Origin: Nitrospirota bacterium
GTDB taxonomy: Bacteria > Nitrospirota > Thermodesulfovibrionia > Thermodesulfovibrionales > SM23-35
Direction of reading: 5' to 3'
Length of the DNA stretch: 35,584 nt
Assembly (NCBI GenBank): GCA_016212245.1
Contig: JACRGU010000127.1
Location: 1 to 35,584 of the forward strand
This document shows positions 7,919-16,191 of this stretch, piece by piece. Within the stretch, counting starts at the first letter, position 1; every line of letters starts with the position of its first letter. Position numbers and translations under genes: made by a program. The notes under the pieces were generated by a model. That model did no database searches and was not told where the DNA came from. It worked only from the letters and a program-made list of their open reading frames with translations.

Positions 7919-9095
7919 GGCTGCAGATATATACCCGCACAATCTTATACCAGAGATAAGGGAATCGTCTAACACTATTAAGATTCATACATCATATACA
8001 GGACAGATAGTTGCTTCTGCAACACTTAATAGGGGTGAGAGAAGGAATAAGGACAGCAGAGCTGAGGTTGATTATCTAAATGGTGTAGGAGAGCTTACAT
8101 GGATGCCTCAACACAATATTGCGGTATTTCTTAAATACAGGCATTTTGACCATGATGTAGATAATCCGGATACGGTTTCGATCACGGGAACGGGGTTAGG
8201 TAATACATATACATATGCAGTCAGACCATCTCTATCTACAGAAAGGGATGTGATTTCTACTGCCTTGAGGTATCGGCCAGTGAATAACCTTACCTTGCGG
8301 GCTGAATATTCATGGGAGGAGATTGACAGGAAGAATAGTGATAAATGGAACCTTCCAGGTAAGACAAATAAGAACACATTCACCCTTTCTGCAACAACAA
8401 GACCTCTTAAAAGATTGAATCTGAAGGCGTTCTATACACATAAGGAGATTGACAATCCAGCATACAACTATGAGCCAGATATCTCTAACCAGGCGAAGCT
8501 GACCGCCACATGGAATACCACTCCTGAACTTACATTCTTTGGGACTTACAGCCTTACAAGAGACAGGAGAGGTGATCTCGGCAATCAACTCTCTGAGGGT
8601 GAAAGAAGTGCAGATAGGGATATGATAATGGGAAATATGACATATATGATTTTGAAAGACCTGTCCTTTACAGCAGGCTATGCATATTTTAGAAATGAGG
8701 TAAAGCAGGATATAAAATATAGGCAACTTGTGGGTGGGGCACTTGGTACCGCCCTCAATGACAGGGGAGTCCCTTACAAAGATACTATAGATAATTTTTA
8801 CATCGCTCTCAGTTATATAAAAAATAGATTCAATCTGAACGGGCATGTTAGCTATACCATTTCAGAGGGTAAATTCAGTCCTAACATCACTGAAGCCCTT
8901 CAACCTGCCTCTATAGCATTATTCTCTAAATTAAAGGTCTATGAAACCGAGACTTCTATATGGGGAGAGTATGAGGTTACAAAGGGTTGGTGGGTTGGAT
9001 TGAGATATGAATATAATAATTTCGATGATAAGATTGACAGCAGCTATGATAGTAGAGTCCATATGACCTTTTTAACTATCTCGAAGAGGTGGTGA
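7836..9095 (+). CDS. Outer-membrane beta-barrel protein, C-terminal part (MtrB/PioB-like); real coding probably starts near 7917 as a continuation of 7130..7918
   Basis: Tyr/Arg/Asn-rich strand-turn pattern (YSLTRDRRGD, FTAGYAYFRNEV) is visible. The C-terminal aromatic residue (...TFLTISKRW) is typical of BAM-dependent OMPs. It lies directly downstream of a decahaem cytochrome. Confidence 0.7.
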   Translation: MTSAIMKETLMLKVIGSSMTTFLLLRGRAADIYPHNLIPEIRESSNTIKIHTSYTGQIVASATLNRGERRNKDSRAEVDYLNGVGELTWMPQHNIAVFLKYRHFDHDVDNPDTVSITGTGLGNTYTYAVRPSLSTERDVISTALRYRPVNNLTLRAEYSWEEIDRKNSDKWNLPGKTNKNTFTLSATTRPLKRLNLKAFYTHKEIDNPAYNYEPDISNQAKLTATWNTTPELTFFGTYSLTRDRRGDLGNQLSEGERSADRDMIMGNMTYMILKDLSFTAGYAYFRNEVKQDIKYRQLVGGALGTALNDRGVPYKDTIDNFYIALSYIKNRFNLNGHVSYTISEGKFSPNITEALQPASIALFSKLKVYETETSIWGEYEVTKGWWVGLRYEYNNFDDKIDSSYDSRVHMTFLTISKRW

Positions 9096-9180
9096 TGGAC
9101 AAAAAAAGTTCAAAGTTGAAAGTTCAAAGTTTAAAGTTAAAAGTTATTTTTTATTTTTTACTTCTCACTTCTCACTTGTA
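9096..9180. repeat. Period-7 repeat array pair (AGTTCAA/AGTTGAA/AGTTTAA/AGTTAAA ... TTCTCAC x2)
   Basis: The sequence is gttcaaagttgaaagttcaaagtttaaagttaaaagtt, then a T-rich loop, then ttacttctcacttctcactt. The two halves are imperfect reverse complements. Confidence 0.85.
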
Positions 9181-9215
9181 ATGTATTTGCTGCTGAGAAG
9201 GCCATCGGCATAATC

Positions 9216-10052
9216 ATGACAGGCAATATCCCCTACTACAATGAGATGCATCATGCCTTCGTCTCAAAACTTCAGAGAGAGGGATATGCCGATAACGTGA
9301 AGATAATAATCCAGAAGCCTTATCCTGACCCTATTTCATGGAGCAATGCTGTAAGAAAACTTGTGGCAGCAGATGTTGATCTCATCGTGACATACGGGGC
9401 ACCTGCAACACTGTCAGCCGTCAGGGAAAGGATAAAAATCCCAATTGTCTATTCAGGTGTTTATGAACCGATTGCTAAGGGCATAAAATCTAAAAATGTA
9501 ACAGGCATCAGTTTCAGGGTACCTGTTTCGAGTCTCATCCGTTATCTCAGAGGTGTAACGACTGTTTCGAGCCTTGGGGTTATTTATAATGAGGCTGAGG
9601 AAGACTCGGTTCATCAATTAATGGAATTGATGAGACTTTCAGAACAGTATGGGTTTGAGGTCGAAAAGATAAGACTGAAAAGGCCTGAGGATGCTAACAG
9701 GATGCTCTCTTATAAAAAGACTGATGCTATCTTTATTACCAGTAGCTCCTTAGTGAATATGGCGGCTGATAGTATTATTAATATTGCAAAGGCCAATAGA
9801 GTTCCTACAGTCTCATTGCTTTCAGGCACGACAGGATCGGAAGCAATTATCACCCTTTCTGTAAAGCCTGGTGAACAGGGTGAAAAAGCCGCAGAAAAGG
9901 TCATTAAGATACTTAATGGGATACCGGCCGAAAGGATTCAGGCAGAATCATCGAGGGGTACAGAGCTTATCTTTAACATGAAAGAGGCTAATGCTATGGG
10001 GCTCAGGTTGTCAATGGACCTTATAACAGAGGCTACGAGGATAATAAAGTGA
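9216..10052 (+). CDS. Periplasmic substrate-binding-protein-like protein (ABC_sub_bind type); start uncertain
   Basis: The type I PBP-like pattern (GIIMTGNIPYY..., VDLIVTYGAPAT, TDAIFITSS) is present. The frame is open back to 9141 and encodes a signal-peptide-like KLFFIFYFSLLTCNVFA-AEK. No ATG, GTG or TTG is available there. Confidence 0.7.
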   Translation: MTGNIPYYNEMHHAFVSKLQREGYADNVKIIIQKPYPDPISWSNAVRKLVAADVDLIVTYGAPATLSAVRERIKIPIVYSGVYEPIAKGIKSKNVTGISFRVPVSSLIRYLRGVTTVSSLGVIYNEAEEDSVHQLMELMRLSEQYGFEVEKIRLKRPEDANRMLSYKKTDAIFITSSSLVNMAADSIINIAKANRVPTVSLLSGTTGSEAIITLSVKPGEQGEKAAEKVIKILNGIPAERIQAESSRGTELIFNMKEANAMGLRLSMDLITEATRIIK

Positions 10053-10090
10053 TTAAAAATAAATTCAAAATTCAAACCCTTATGCCATAA

Positions 10091-11128
10091 GTGGTACAAA
10101 AGAATATGAAAATGCTGCCAGATTGTCATTCCTGCGGAAGCAGGAATCCAGACGCCGTCTCTGCGAAAGCAGGGAGCTATACAAAAGGAATTGGATTCCT
10201 GTTTTCACAGGAAACTCTGGATTCCCGTTTTCACGGGAATGACATTTTCGGAGCAAAACTCAAAATTATAGGACTCGTGTTCTTTATCTTAATCCTCATT
10301 TCCCCTTTATACGCATTCTCTGAACAGAAGGAGTTACTTATAGGGCTTATCCCTGAAGAGAATATCTTCAAGCAGATGGATCGCTACAGGCCCTTAGCTG
10401 CATATCTCTCTGAGAAACTCGGTATTAAGGTAAGGTTAACCATTCTCAGCAAGTATGGAGATGTTATTGATAGATTTGCCTCTAGAAGGATGGATGGCGC
10501 CTTTTTTGAGGCGTTCACAGCAAACCTTGCTATGGTAAAACTTAATGTTGAACCCATAGCAAGGCCGATGAACCTTGATGGGACATCAACTATTAAAGGT
10601 TACATATTTGTTAGAAAAGACAGTGGAATAAAGTCTATAAAGGATATGAAGGATAAAATTGTAGTATTTGTTGATAAGGCAACAGCAACAGGTTATGTAT
10701 TTACTATTGCCTTCTTCAGGGAAAATGGTGTTAGAGATATAGACAGCTATTTCAGCGAATACTATTTTACAGGAAGCCATGATTCAGCAGTGTATGCTGT
10801 TTTAGATAACAGGGCAGATATAGGCAGTGCAGGAAGCAGGTTTTATCAGAGGATAATAGATAAGGACCCGGCGATTAAGAATGAACTGCAGATTTTAGCG
10901 ACATCTCAGGAAGTTCCTGATATTACCCTCTGTATAAGGCGTGATCTTCCTCCTGAGCTGAAACTCAGGATAAAAGAGGTGCTCTTAAATATGGATAAAG
11001 ACCCTACAGGGAAAGAGGTCTTGAAGAAGTTTGGGGCATTGAGGTTTATCAGTGCTGGTAAGGCTGATTTCAAGCCTGTCTTTGATTTAGCAAAAAAGGC
11101 AGGGATAGACATTATAGAGATTAGATAA
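10091..11128 (+). CDS. PhnD-like (phosphonate-binding fold) periplasmic binding protein; true start probably well downstream of 10091
   Basis: LLIGLIPEENIFKQMDRYRPLAAYLSEKLGIKV...GYVF...DIGS is the PhnD-family pattern. The signal peptide KLKIIGLVFFILILISPLYA-FSEQ begins about 10256. Codons 10106-10243 are repeat-derived. Confidence 0.75.
   Translation: MVQKNMKMLPDCHSCGSRNPDAVSAKAGSYTKGIGFLFSQETLDSRFHGNDIFGAKLKIIGLVFFILILISPLYAFSEQKELLIGLIPEENIFKQMDRYRPLAAYLSEKLGIKVRLTILSKYGDVIDRFASRRMDGAFFEAFTANLAMVKLNVEPIARPMNLDGTSTIKGYIFVRKDSGIKSIKDMKDKIVVFVDKATATGYVFTIAFFRENGVRDIDSYFSEYYFTGSHDSAVYAVLDNRADIGSAGSRFYQRIIDKDPAIKNELQILATSQEVPDITLCIRRDLPPELKLRIKEVLLNMDKDPTGKEVLKKFGALRFISAGKADFKPVFDLAKKAGIDIIEIR
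10125..10243. repeat. Composite MITE/REP-like element, copy B, bounded by 27-nt inverted repeats
   Basis: gtcattcctgcggaagcaggaatccag at 10125-10151 faces ctggattcccgttttcacgggaatgac at 10217-10243. Its translation gives the ...DSRFHGND... type peptide typical of spurious ORFs over this repeat family. Confidence 0.8.
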
Positions 11129-11131
11129 TCA

Positions 11132-12601
11132 ATGAAGAAAAGACTTGTTCTTTCACTCTTCCTTTTATTCCTTCTGTTTTCAGCAGGTGCAGGCATGAGC
11201 GTGCTCTATATCAATAAAACAACCTCAGATCTCGACTCACTGATAAAGCTTCACAGGGTAGAGATAATACGCCAGGATCTTGTTATCAATGTTCATACTG
11301 TTCAGACACATCTTTATACTATAGAGACTGAATTTGGTAAGGAGCTTGATGTAATAGTTGAGAATGTCACAGACCTCGACAATTCTGTCCAGAGCTGTAT
11401 TGGATGCCATCATGGTAAGGAGATTTCAGCAAAGATAGAGGATATCAGGAATTTAGTGGAACAGTATAAAGAGGCATTGAGTTACTTTATAACAACAACT
11501 GCTAACCCGGAGAGGGTTAAGAGACTGCAGATGGTTGGTGCAGAGATAGGAAATTCATTGCTATCAAAGACACAGGAGATGGCCTTTATTGCAAACCGGA
11601 GGCTAAATGATAGGACTATAAAGGCGATGAAGGATATCAAGAATTCAGAGATTATACTTTTTATAACCATTATCCTTGCGTTCTTTATCGCCCTTCCTAT
11701 TGCTGTCGTCCTGACAAGGGGAATAACAAAGCCTATATCAGAGCTTGTTAGTGCTACAAGAAAGGTAAAGACAGGTGAGTTAGGATACACCTCAGCCTAT
11801 AAAGGTAAGGACGAATTTGGCGAACTTATAAGTGCCTTCAATGAGATGAGCATCTCTCTTAAAGAGAGTAATGATAGGATTTTACAACAGATGCAGGAAC
11901 TCAAGGATGCACAGGAACAGCTTATCCAGACTGCAAAGCTTGCAGCATTAGGAGAGATTGCATCCAATATCGCCCATGAGCTTAATAACCCCCTCACATG
12001 TATCCTCGGCTATGCAGGATTGATTAAGGAAGAGAAGGAGATTGACAGTATTATGCGCAATACCGAGGTGATTATAAAAGAATCCATGAGGGCGAGGGAT
12101 ATCGTACGTCAGTTGCTCGAGTTTTCAAGAAAAAGGCCACTTGAGATAAAAAGGGTTGATCTAAATGAGACCATCAAAGATATTGTCAGGTTTGTTTCAG
12201 TCCAGTTAAAGAATGCGAATATTACGACAATCGAGAACTATGGTGAGATTCCGCATATATCAGGTGATGAAAATCAGCTTAAACAGGTCTTTCTTAATGT
12301 CATCAATAATGCAATATTTGCTATGCCCAAGGGTGGGAACATAACCATAAATACTGATGTTAAAGACGGACAGGTATATATAGATATCTCTGACACAGGG
12401 ATTGGAATTCCAGAAGAAATAATGCATAGGATTTTCGAACCATTTTTCACTACAAAACAAGAAAGGGGTACAGGCCTCGGCCTATCAATAAGTTACAGGA
12501 TAATACAGAGCCATGGCGGGAGGATTAATGTTGAAAGTGAGGAGGGGAAGGGGACGAGATTCATTATCACATTTCCTGTAACCCTCAAATCAGTTTCCTG
12601 A
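11132..12601 (+). CDS. Sensor histidine kinase (2 TM, periplasmic domain with CxxCH, HAMP, HisKA, HATPase_c)
   Basis: TM1 covers residues 5-27 and TM2 about 173-195. CIGCH is at residues 89-93 (11396-11410). H-box [10 protein letters not shown]-box [11 protein letters not shown]-boxes DTGIGI and GTGLGLS are present. Confidence 0.9.
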   Translation: MKKRLVLSLFLLFLLFSAGAGMSVLYINKTTSDLDSLIKLHRVEIIRQDLVINVHTVQTHLYTIETEFGKELDVIVENVTDLDNSVQSCIGCHHGKEISAKIEDIRNLVEQYKEALSYFITTTANPERVKRLQMVGAEIGNSLLSKTQEMAFIANRRLNDRTIKAMKDIKNSEIILFITIILAFFIALPIAVVLTRGITKPISELVSATRKVKTGELGYTSAYKGKDEFGELISAFNEMSISLKESNDRILQQMQELKDAQEQLIQTAKLAALGEIASNIAHELNNPLTCILGYAGLIKEEKEIDSIMRNTEVIIKESMRARDIVRQLLEFSRKRPLEIKRVDLNETIKDIVRFVSVQLKNANITTIENYGEIPHISGDENQLKQVFLNVINNAIFAMPKGGNITINTDVKDGQVYIDISDTGIGIPEEIMHRIFEPFFTTKQERGTGLGLSISYRIIQSHGGRINVESEEGKGTRFIITFPVTLKSVS

Positions 12602-13235
12602 CATATATCTCCTTTGCTATCTCAGGGTCAATCGCAATAGTTGTTTCATCTATCTGTAGGACATAAGATGGGGTTCTCTGTAAGAGTCTTATAATACTCC
12701 CTGCGGTGATTCCCAGGGAATTGAGCTTGCTCAGCCTCGATGATTTTGCTGGTACAATAAAGGTAATTCTACCCTTTGAGCCCACCTCAAATTCGGACAG
12801 TCTGGTAACAACAGGCTCAACTTCCACTCTGTATTTCTTGCAGCACTCTCCCCTCGGTATGGGCTTATCATGGGGGCAGGTTGGTGGATGGCCAAGGAAG
12901 GTGCACACACTGTCAGTAAGCTCTTCGCTCAGTATGTGTTCCATCTTACATGCATCTGTAATGACAGTATCTCCAGGCATCTCAAAGACATCGGTGAAGA
13001 GGCGTTCTGCAAGGCGTAGCCTTCTTACCAGTGCCTTTGCCAGTGAATAGCCTTTATCAGTGAATTGAATTTTATCCTCGGAAATGACTGTAAGTCCTTC
13101 GGTTTTCAGTGTGACAATGAGGTTTTCGACATCATCATCCTCAGAACTCAATCTGAAACGATTAAGGCTATGATGGCCTTCTTCATTAAGAAGCCATATC
13201 AGCTCTAATGCCTCATCAATTTGTTCTTTATCCAT
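12585..13235 (-). CDS. DtxR/MntR-family metal-dependent transcriptional regulator with C-terminal FeoA/SH3-like domain
   Basis: It has an N-terminal wHTH and the dimerisation/metal-site region RRLRLAERLFTDVF...MEHILS...LGHPPTCPHDKPIP. The C-terminal FeoA-like segment is (L)SEFEVGSKGRI...LNSLGITAGSII. It overlaps the kinase 3' end convergently. Confidence 0.8.
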   Translation of the reverse strand: MDKEQIDEALELIWLLNEEGHHSLNRFRLSSEDDDVENLIVTLKTEGLTVISEDKIQFTDKGYSLAKALVRRLRLAERLFTDVFEMPGDTVITDACKMEHILSEELTDSVCTFLGHPPTCPHDKPIPRGECCKKYRVEVEPVVTRLSEFEVGSKGRITFIVPAKSSRLSKLNSLGITAGSIIRLLQRTPSYVLQIDETTIAIDPEIAKEIYVRKLI

Positions 13236-13277
13236 GTTAATTCTTACTTCTCACTTTACATTTTATAAAAATAAAAG

Positions 13278-13889
13278 TCAAAATGGAAGCTCTAATGACA
13301 TTACCCTCTGAAAACTTTTTCTGTGGATAGGGCAGGGGCCGTATAACCGTAGCATATAGAGATGTTCTCTCGTGGAATAACCCTTATGTTTTTCAAAATT
13401 ATAATCTGGATATTGCCGATGATAATCTATCATGATCTTATCCCTTACAAACTTTGCGATTATCGAGGCAGCAGCAACTGAGGCACTTATGCCCTCTCCT
13501 TTTATGGGTGATAACTGCTTTATTGGAATTGATGGAAGGAATACTGCATCAATGACAAGTATATCCGGAGGTGTGGAAAGGTCGTCTACTGCAATCTGCA
13601 TCGCAAGTCTCGTGGCCCTGAGGATATTTAATCTATCAATCTCTTCAGGACCGACAATGCCTATGCCTATATCTTTAGAGAAACTGAGAATCTCGTAGAA
13701 AAGGAATTCTCTTTCTTTCTCAGGTACTTTTTTGGAATCCCTGAGCCCTTCAATCCTGATGCCTTCTATCAGGACAACTGCCGCAGCAACAACAGGGCCA
13801 GCAAGTGGACCCCTTCCAGCCTCATCAATACCAGCTATCCTTAAAAACCCTTTTTTTCTGAGGGATTCGTCATGCTGGTAAATATCCAT
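13278..13889 (-). CDS. rnhB: Ribonuclease HII
   Basis: IAGIDEAGRGPLAGPVV...DSKK...ASIIAK motifs are present. Confidence 0.92.
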   Translation of the reverse strand: MDIYQHDESLRKKGFLRIAGIDEAGRGPLAGPVVAAAVVLIEGIRIEGLRDSKKVPEKEREFLFYEILSFSKDIGIGIVGPEEIDRLNILRATRLAMQIAVDDLSTPPDILVIDAVFLPSIPIKQLSPIKGEGISASVAAASIIAKFVRDKIMIDYHRQYPDYNFEKHKGYSTREHLYMLRLYGPCPIHRKSFQRVMSLELPF

Positions 13890-13892
13890 GTC

Positions 13893-14252
13893 TTATTCGG
13901 ATGCAAATTCTCTTTCTTTTTCTTTGATCTTAGCTGCCTTACCCTTTTTGCCTCTTAAATAATATAGCTTTGCTCTCCTTACACTTCCTCTCTTCAAAAC
14001 CTCTATCTTATCAATGGTGGGAGAACAGAGAGGAAAGATTCTTTCTACGCCAATACCAAATGATACCTTTCTCACCATAAATGTCTCCCTTGTGCCGCTC
14101 CCGCGCATGGCAATTACAATACCTTCAAATGGCTGGATTCTTTCCTTATCACCTTCTATGACTTTTACTAATACTCTGACAGTATCTCCAACATTGAAAC
14201 TTGTGACATTCTTCTTAAAGCCTTCTTCAACAGCCTCGAGCAGGTTCATCAT
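13893..14252 (-). CDS. rplS: 50S ribosomal protein L19
   Basis: [29 protein letters not shown]....TF.VRK is a typical L19, and it lies downstream of trmD. Confidence 0.95.
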   Translation of the reverse strand: MMNLLEAVEEGFKKNVTSFNVGDTVRVLVKVIEGDKERIQPFEGIVIAMRGSGTRETFMVRKVSFGIGVERIFPLCSPTIDKIEVLKRGSVRRAKLYYLRGKKGKAAKIKEKEREFASE

Positions 14253-14983
14253 GATTCCTCCTTTATTTCACCAATTAATTTATAGTCCTCATCGCTGAGT
14301 CTAATTTTTTCAAGAAGCTCAGGTCTTCTTTGTAGTGTACGGCGCAGGGCCTCTTTTCGTCTCCATCGCCAGATATCTCTATGGTTTCCAGAAAGTAAAA
14401 TCTTTGGCACTGCCATATCCCTAAACACAGAAGGTCTTGTATAATGAGGGTAGTCAAGTATCCCCCACGAAAACGATTCTGTCTCAGCAGAACGCTCATC
14501 GCCGAGCACTCCGGGTATTAATCTGGCAACAGCGTCTATTATAACTAAAGCAGGTAGTTCTCCGCCAGTCAGTATGTAATCACCTATGGATATCTCATCA
14601 TTAACAAGGGCTGTTCTTACCCTCTCGTCTATTGCCTCATATCTTCCGCATAAGAATATAAGCTCTCTGTGTTCATTAGAGAGTTCTACTGCAATATCCT
14701 GATTGAATTTTTTGCCCTGAGGGCTGAGCATGATAACCCTTCTTTTTGTGCTGTCAGGACATAGTGCCTCTACAGCAGCAAAAAATGGTTCAGGCTTCAT
14801 AACCATGCCTGCACCACCCCCATAAGGGTAATCATCAACAGTTCTGTGTTTATCTGTGGTGAAGTCTCTCAGGTTATAAATCTTCATGTCTATGAGCCGC
14901 TTCTGTATTGCCCTCTTTAAGATACCCTCACTAAGATAGGCATAAAAGATTTCGGGGAAGAGTGTAATAACATCACACTTCAT
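14249..14983 (-). CDS. trmD: tRNA (guanine37-N1)-methyltransferase
   Basis: [13 protein letters not shown]...[11 protein letters not shown]...[10 protein letters not shown] are TrmD motifs. I prefer the ATG at 14983, which forms an ATGA overlap with the ruvC stop, over the upstream Met at 15010. Confidence 0.92.
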   Translation of the reverse strand: MKCDVITLFPEIFYAYLSEGILKRAIQKRLIDMKIYNLRDFTTDKHRTVDDYPYGGGAGMVMKPEPFFAAVEALCPDSTKRRVIMLSPQGKKFNQDIAVELSNEHRELIFLCGRYEAIDERVRTALVNDEISIGDYILTGGELPALVIIDAVARLIPGVLGDERSAETESFSWGILDYPHYTRPSVFRDMAVPKILLSGNHRDIWRWRRKEALRRTLQRRPELLEKIRLSDEDYKLIGEIKEES

Positions 14984-15540
14984 CTTGACTGCCTTGTATT
15001 CATGTGACATAAGGCGAGGGCAAGGGCATCTGCACTGTCCTCGGTGAGATTTGGCCCCGAATCAAGTTCAGGATGACCCCGTAACTTCACAAAGTTACGG
15101 GGATGAGATTTAAGATTTAAGATTCTCATCACCATCTCCCGAACCTGCCTCTTTTCAGCCCTTCCATAACCGGTAATAGCCTTTTTAACCTCAAGGGCAC
15201 TGTACTCGTAAATATTAAGACCCTCAGATGCAGCGCAGAGAAGGGCTATACCCCTCACCTGCCCAAGGTTTAATGCTGCTTTTACACCCTTTGCAAAAAA
15301 TATACGTTCAATTACCATTTCGTGGGGATTATATTCCCTGATTATACTGATAAGTGCATCATAGAGCTCTTTTAATCGTAGATGCAGCGGACTTTCTGGT
15401 GATAAGGCTATCCTCCCGGAGGCAATGTAGATACAGTCAGCAGTTTTTTGACTCTTGATTCTCGACTGTTGACTATTGACTGTCTCTATCAGTCCGTAAC
15501 CACAGATAATGCTTCCAGGGTCAATACCGAGGATCTTCAC
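14980..15540 (-). CDS. ruvC: Crossover junction endodeoxyribonuclease RuvC, with two in-frame repeat insertions
   Basis: [10 protein letters not shown]...GYG, ...VIERIFF..., ...[13 protein letters not shown]... and [12 protein letters not shown] are RuvC motifs. The extra segments [12 protein letters not shown] and [21 protein letters not shown] coincide with repeat DNA. Confidence 0.88.
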   Translation of the reverse strand: MKILGIDPGSIICGYGLIETVNSQQSRIKSQKTADCIYIASGRIALSPESPLHLRLKELYDALISIIREYNPHEMVIERIFFAKGVKAALNLGQVRGIALLCAASEGLNIYEYSALEVKKAITGYGRAEKRQVREMVMRILNLKSHPRNFVKLRGHPELDSGPNLTEDSADALALALCHMNTRQSR

Positions 15541-15546
15541 CCTCTC

Positions 15547-16131
15547 CTATCTTTTCCTTGGCACTTCAAATAGTATCTCCTCTACCATCTGACAGAGGAT
15601 GTGGCCAAGTGTGATATGTGTTTCCTGAATCCTCGGGGTATTGTCTGATGGGACAATAAATGCATAGTTTGCCTTCGATGCGAATTTCTCTCCCTTTGCA
15701 CCTGTGAAGGCAATGGTCTTTAATTTTTTCTTCTTTGCTACCTCCATTGCCTTCAGCACATTTCCTGAGCTACCACTTGTGCTTATTGCTATGACTACAT
15801 CTCCTTCATCAGCGAGGGATTTAAGCTGTCTTGCAAAGATCTCGGAGAAGTCATAGTCGTTAGCAATGGATGTAATCACTGCCATGTCTGTATTGAGCGA
15901 TATTGCAGGAAGACCAGGGCGATCTTTCTTGAACCTGTTTACAAACTCTGCTGCAATATGTGATGCATCTGTAGCACTTCCACCATTCCCGAAGAGAATC
16001 AATTTTTTCCCGTCATTGAATGCATCGGCGATTGCCTTTGAGACCTCTATAATTGCGTCAATATTTCCCTGTACGAATTTCTCTTTTATGCTGATGCTTT
16101 CTTCAAATGCCTTTAATATCTTTTCCTTCAT
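15547..16131 (-). CDS. gmhA: D-sedoheptulose-7-phosphate isomerase (SIS domain)
   Basis: GNGGSATDASHIAAEF, ...ISTSGSSGNV and ...ETHITLGH are GmhA-type motifs. The ATG at 16131 is preferred; the ORF track extends to TTG 16164. Confidence 0.85.
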   Translation of the reverse strand: MKEKILKAFEESISIKEKFVQGNIDAIIEVSKAIADAFNDGKKLILFGNGGSATDASHIAAEFVNRFKKDRPGLPAISLNTDMAVITSIANDYDFSEIFARQLKSLADEGDVVIAISTSGSSGNVLKAMEVAKKKKLKTIAFTGAKGEKFASKANYAFIVPSDNTPRIQETHITLGHILCQMVEEILFEVPRKR

Positions 16132-16191
16132 GGCTGGCTCTACGTTTGATTTAGAGTAACTCAATCTGATTTTTATGTCAATTAGTAATCT

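Noticed and set aside
9096-9180. Heptamer arrays as a CRISPR array
   Set aside because: The repeat unit is only 7 nt with no unique spacers, there are no 25-40-nt direct repeats, and no cas genes are present.
12585-13235. DtxR-FeoA fusion as a novel architecture
   Set aside because: A C-terminal SH3/FeoA-like domain is a standard third domain of DtxR/IdeR/MntR-type regulators.
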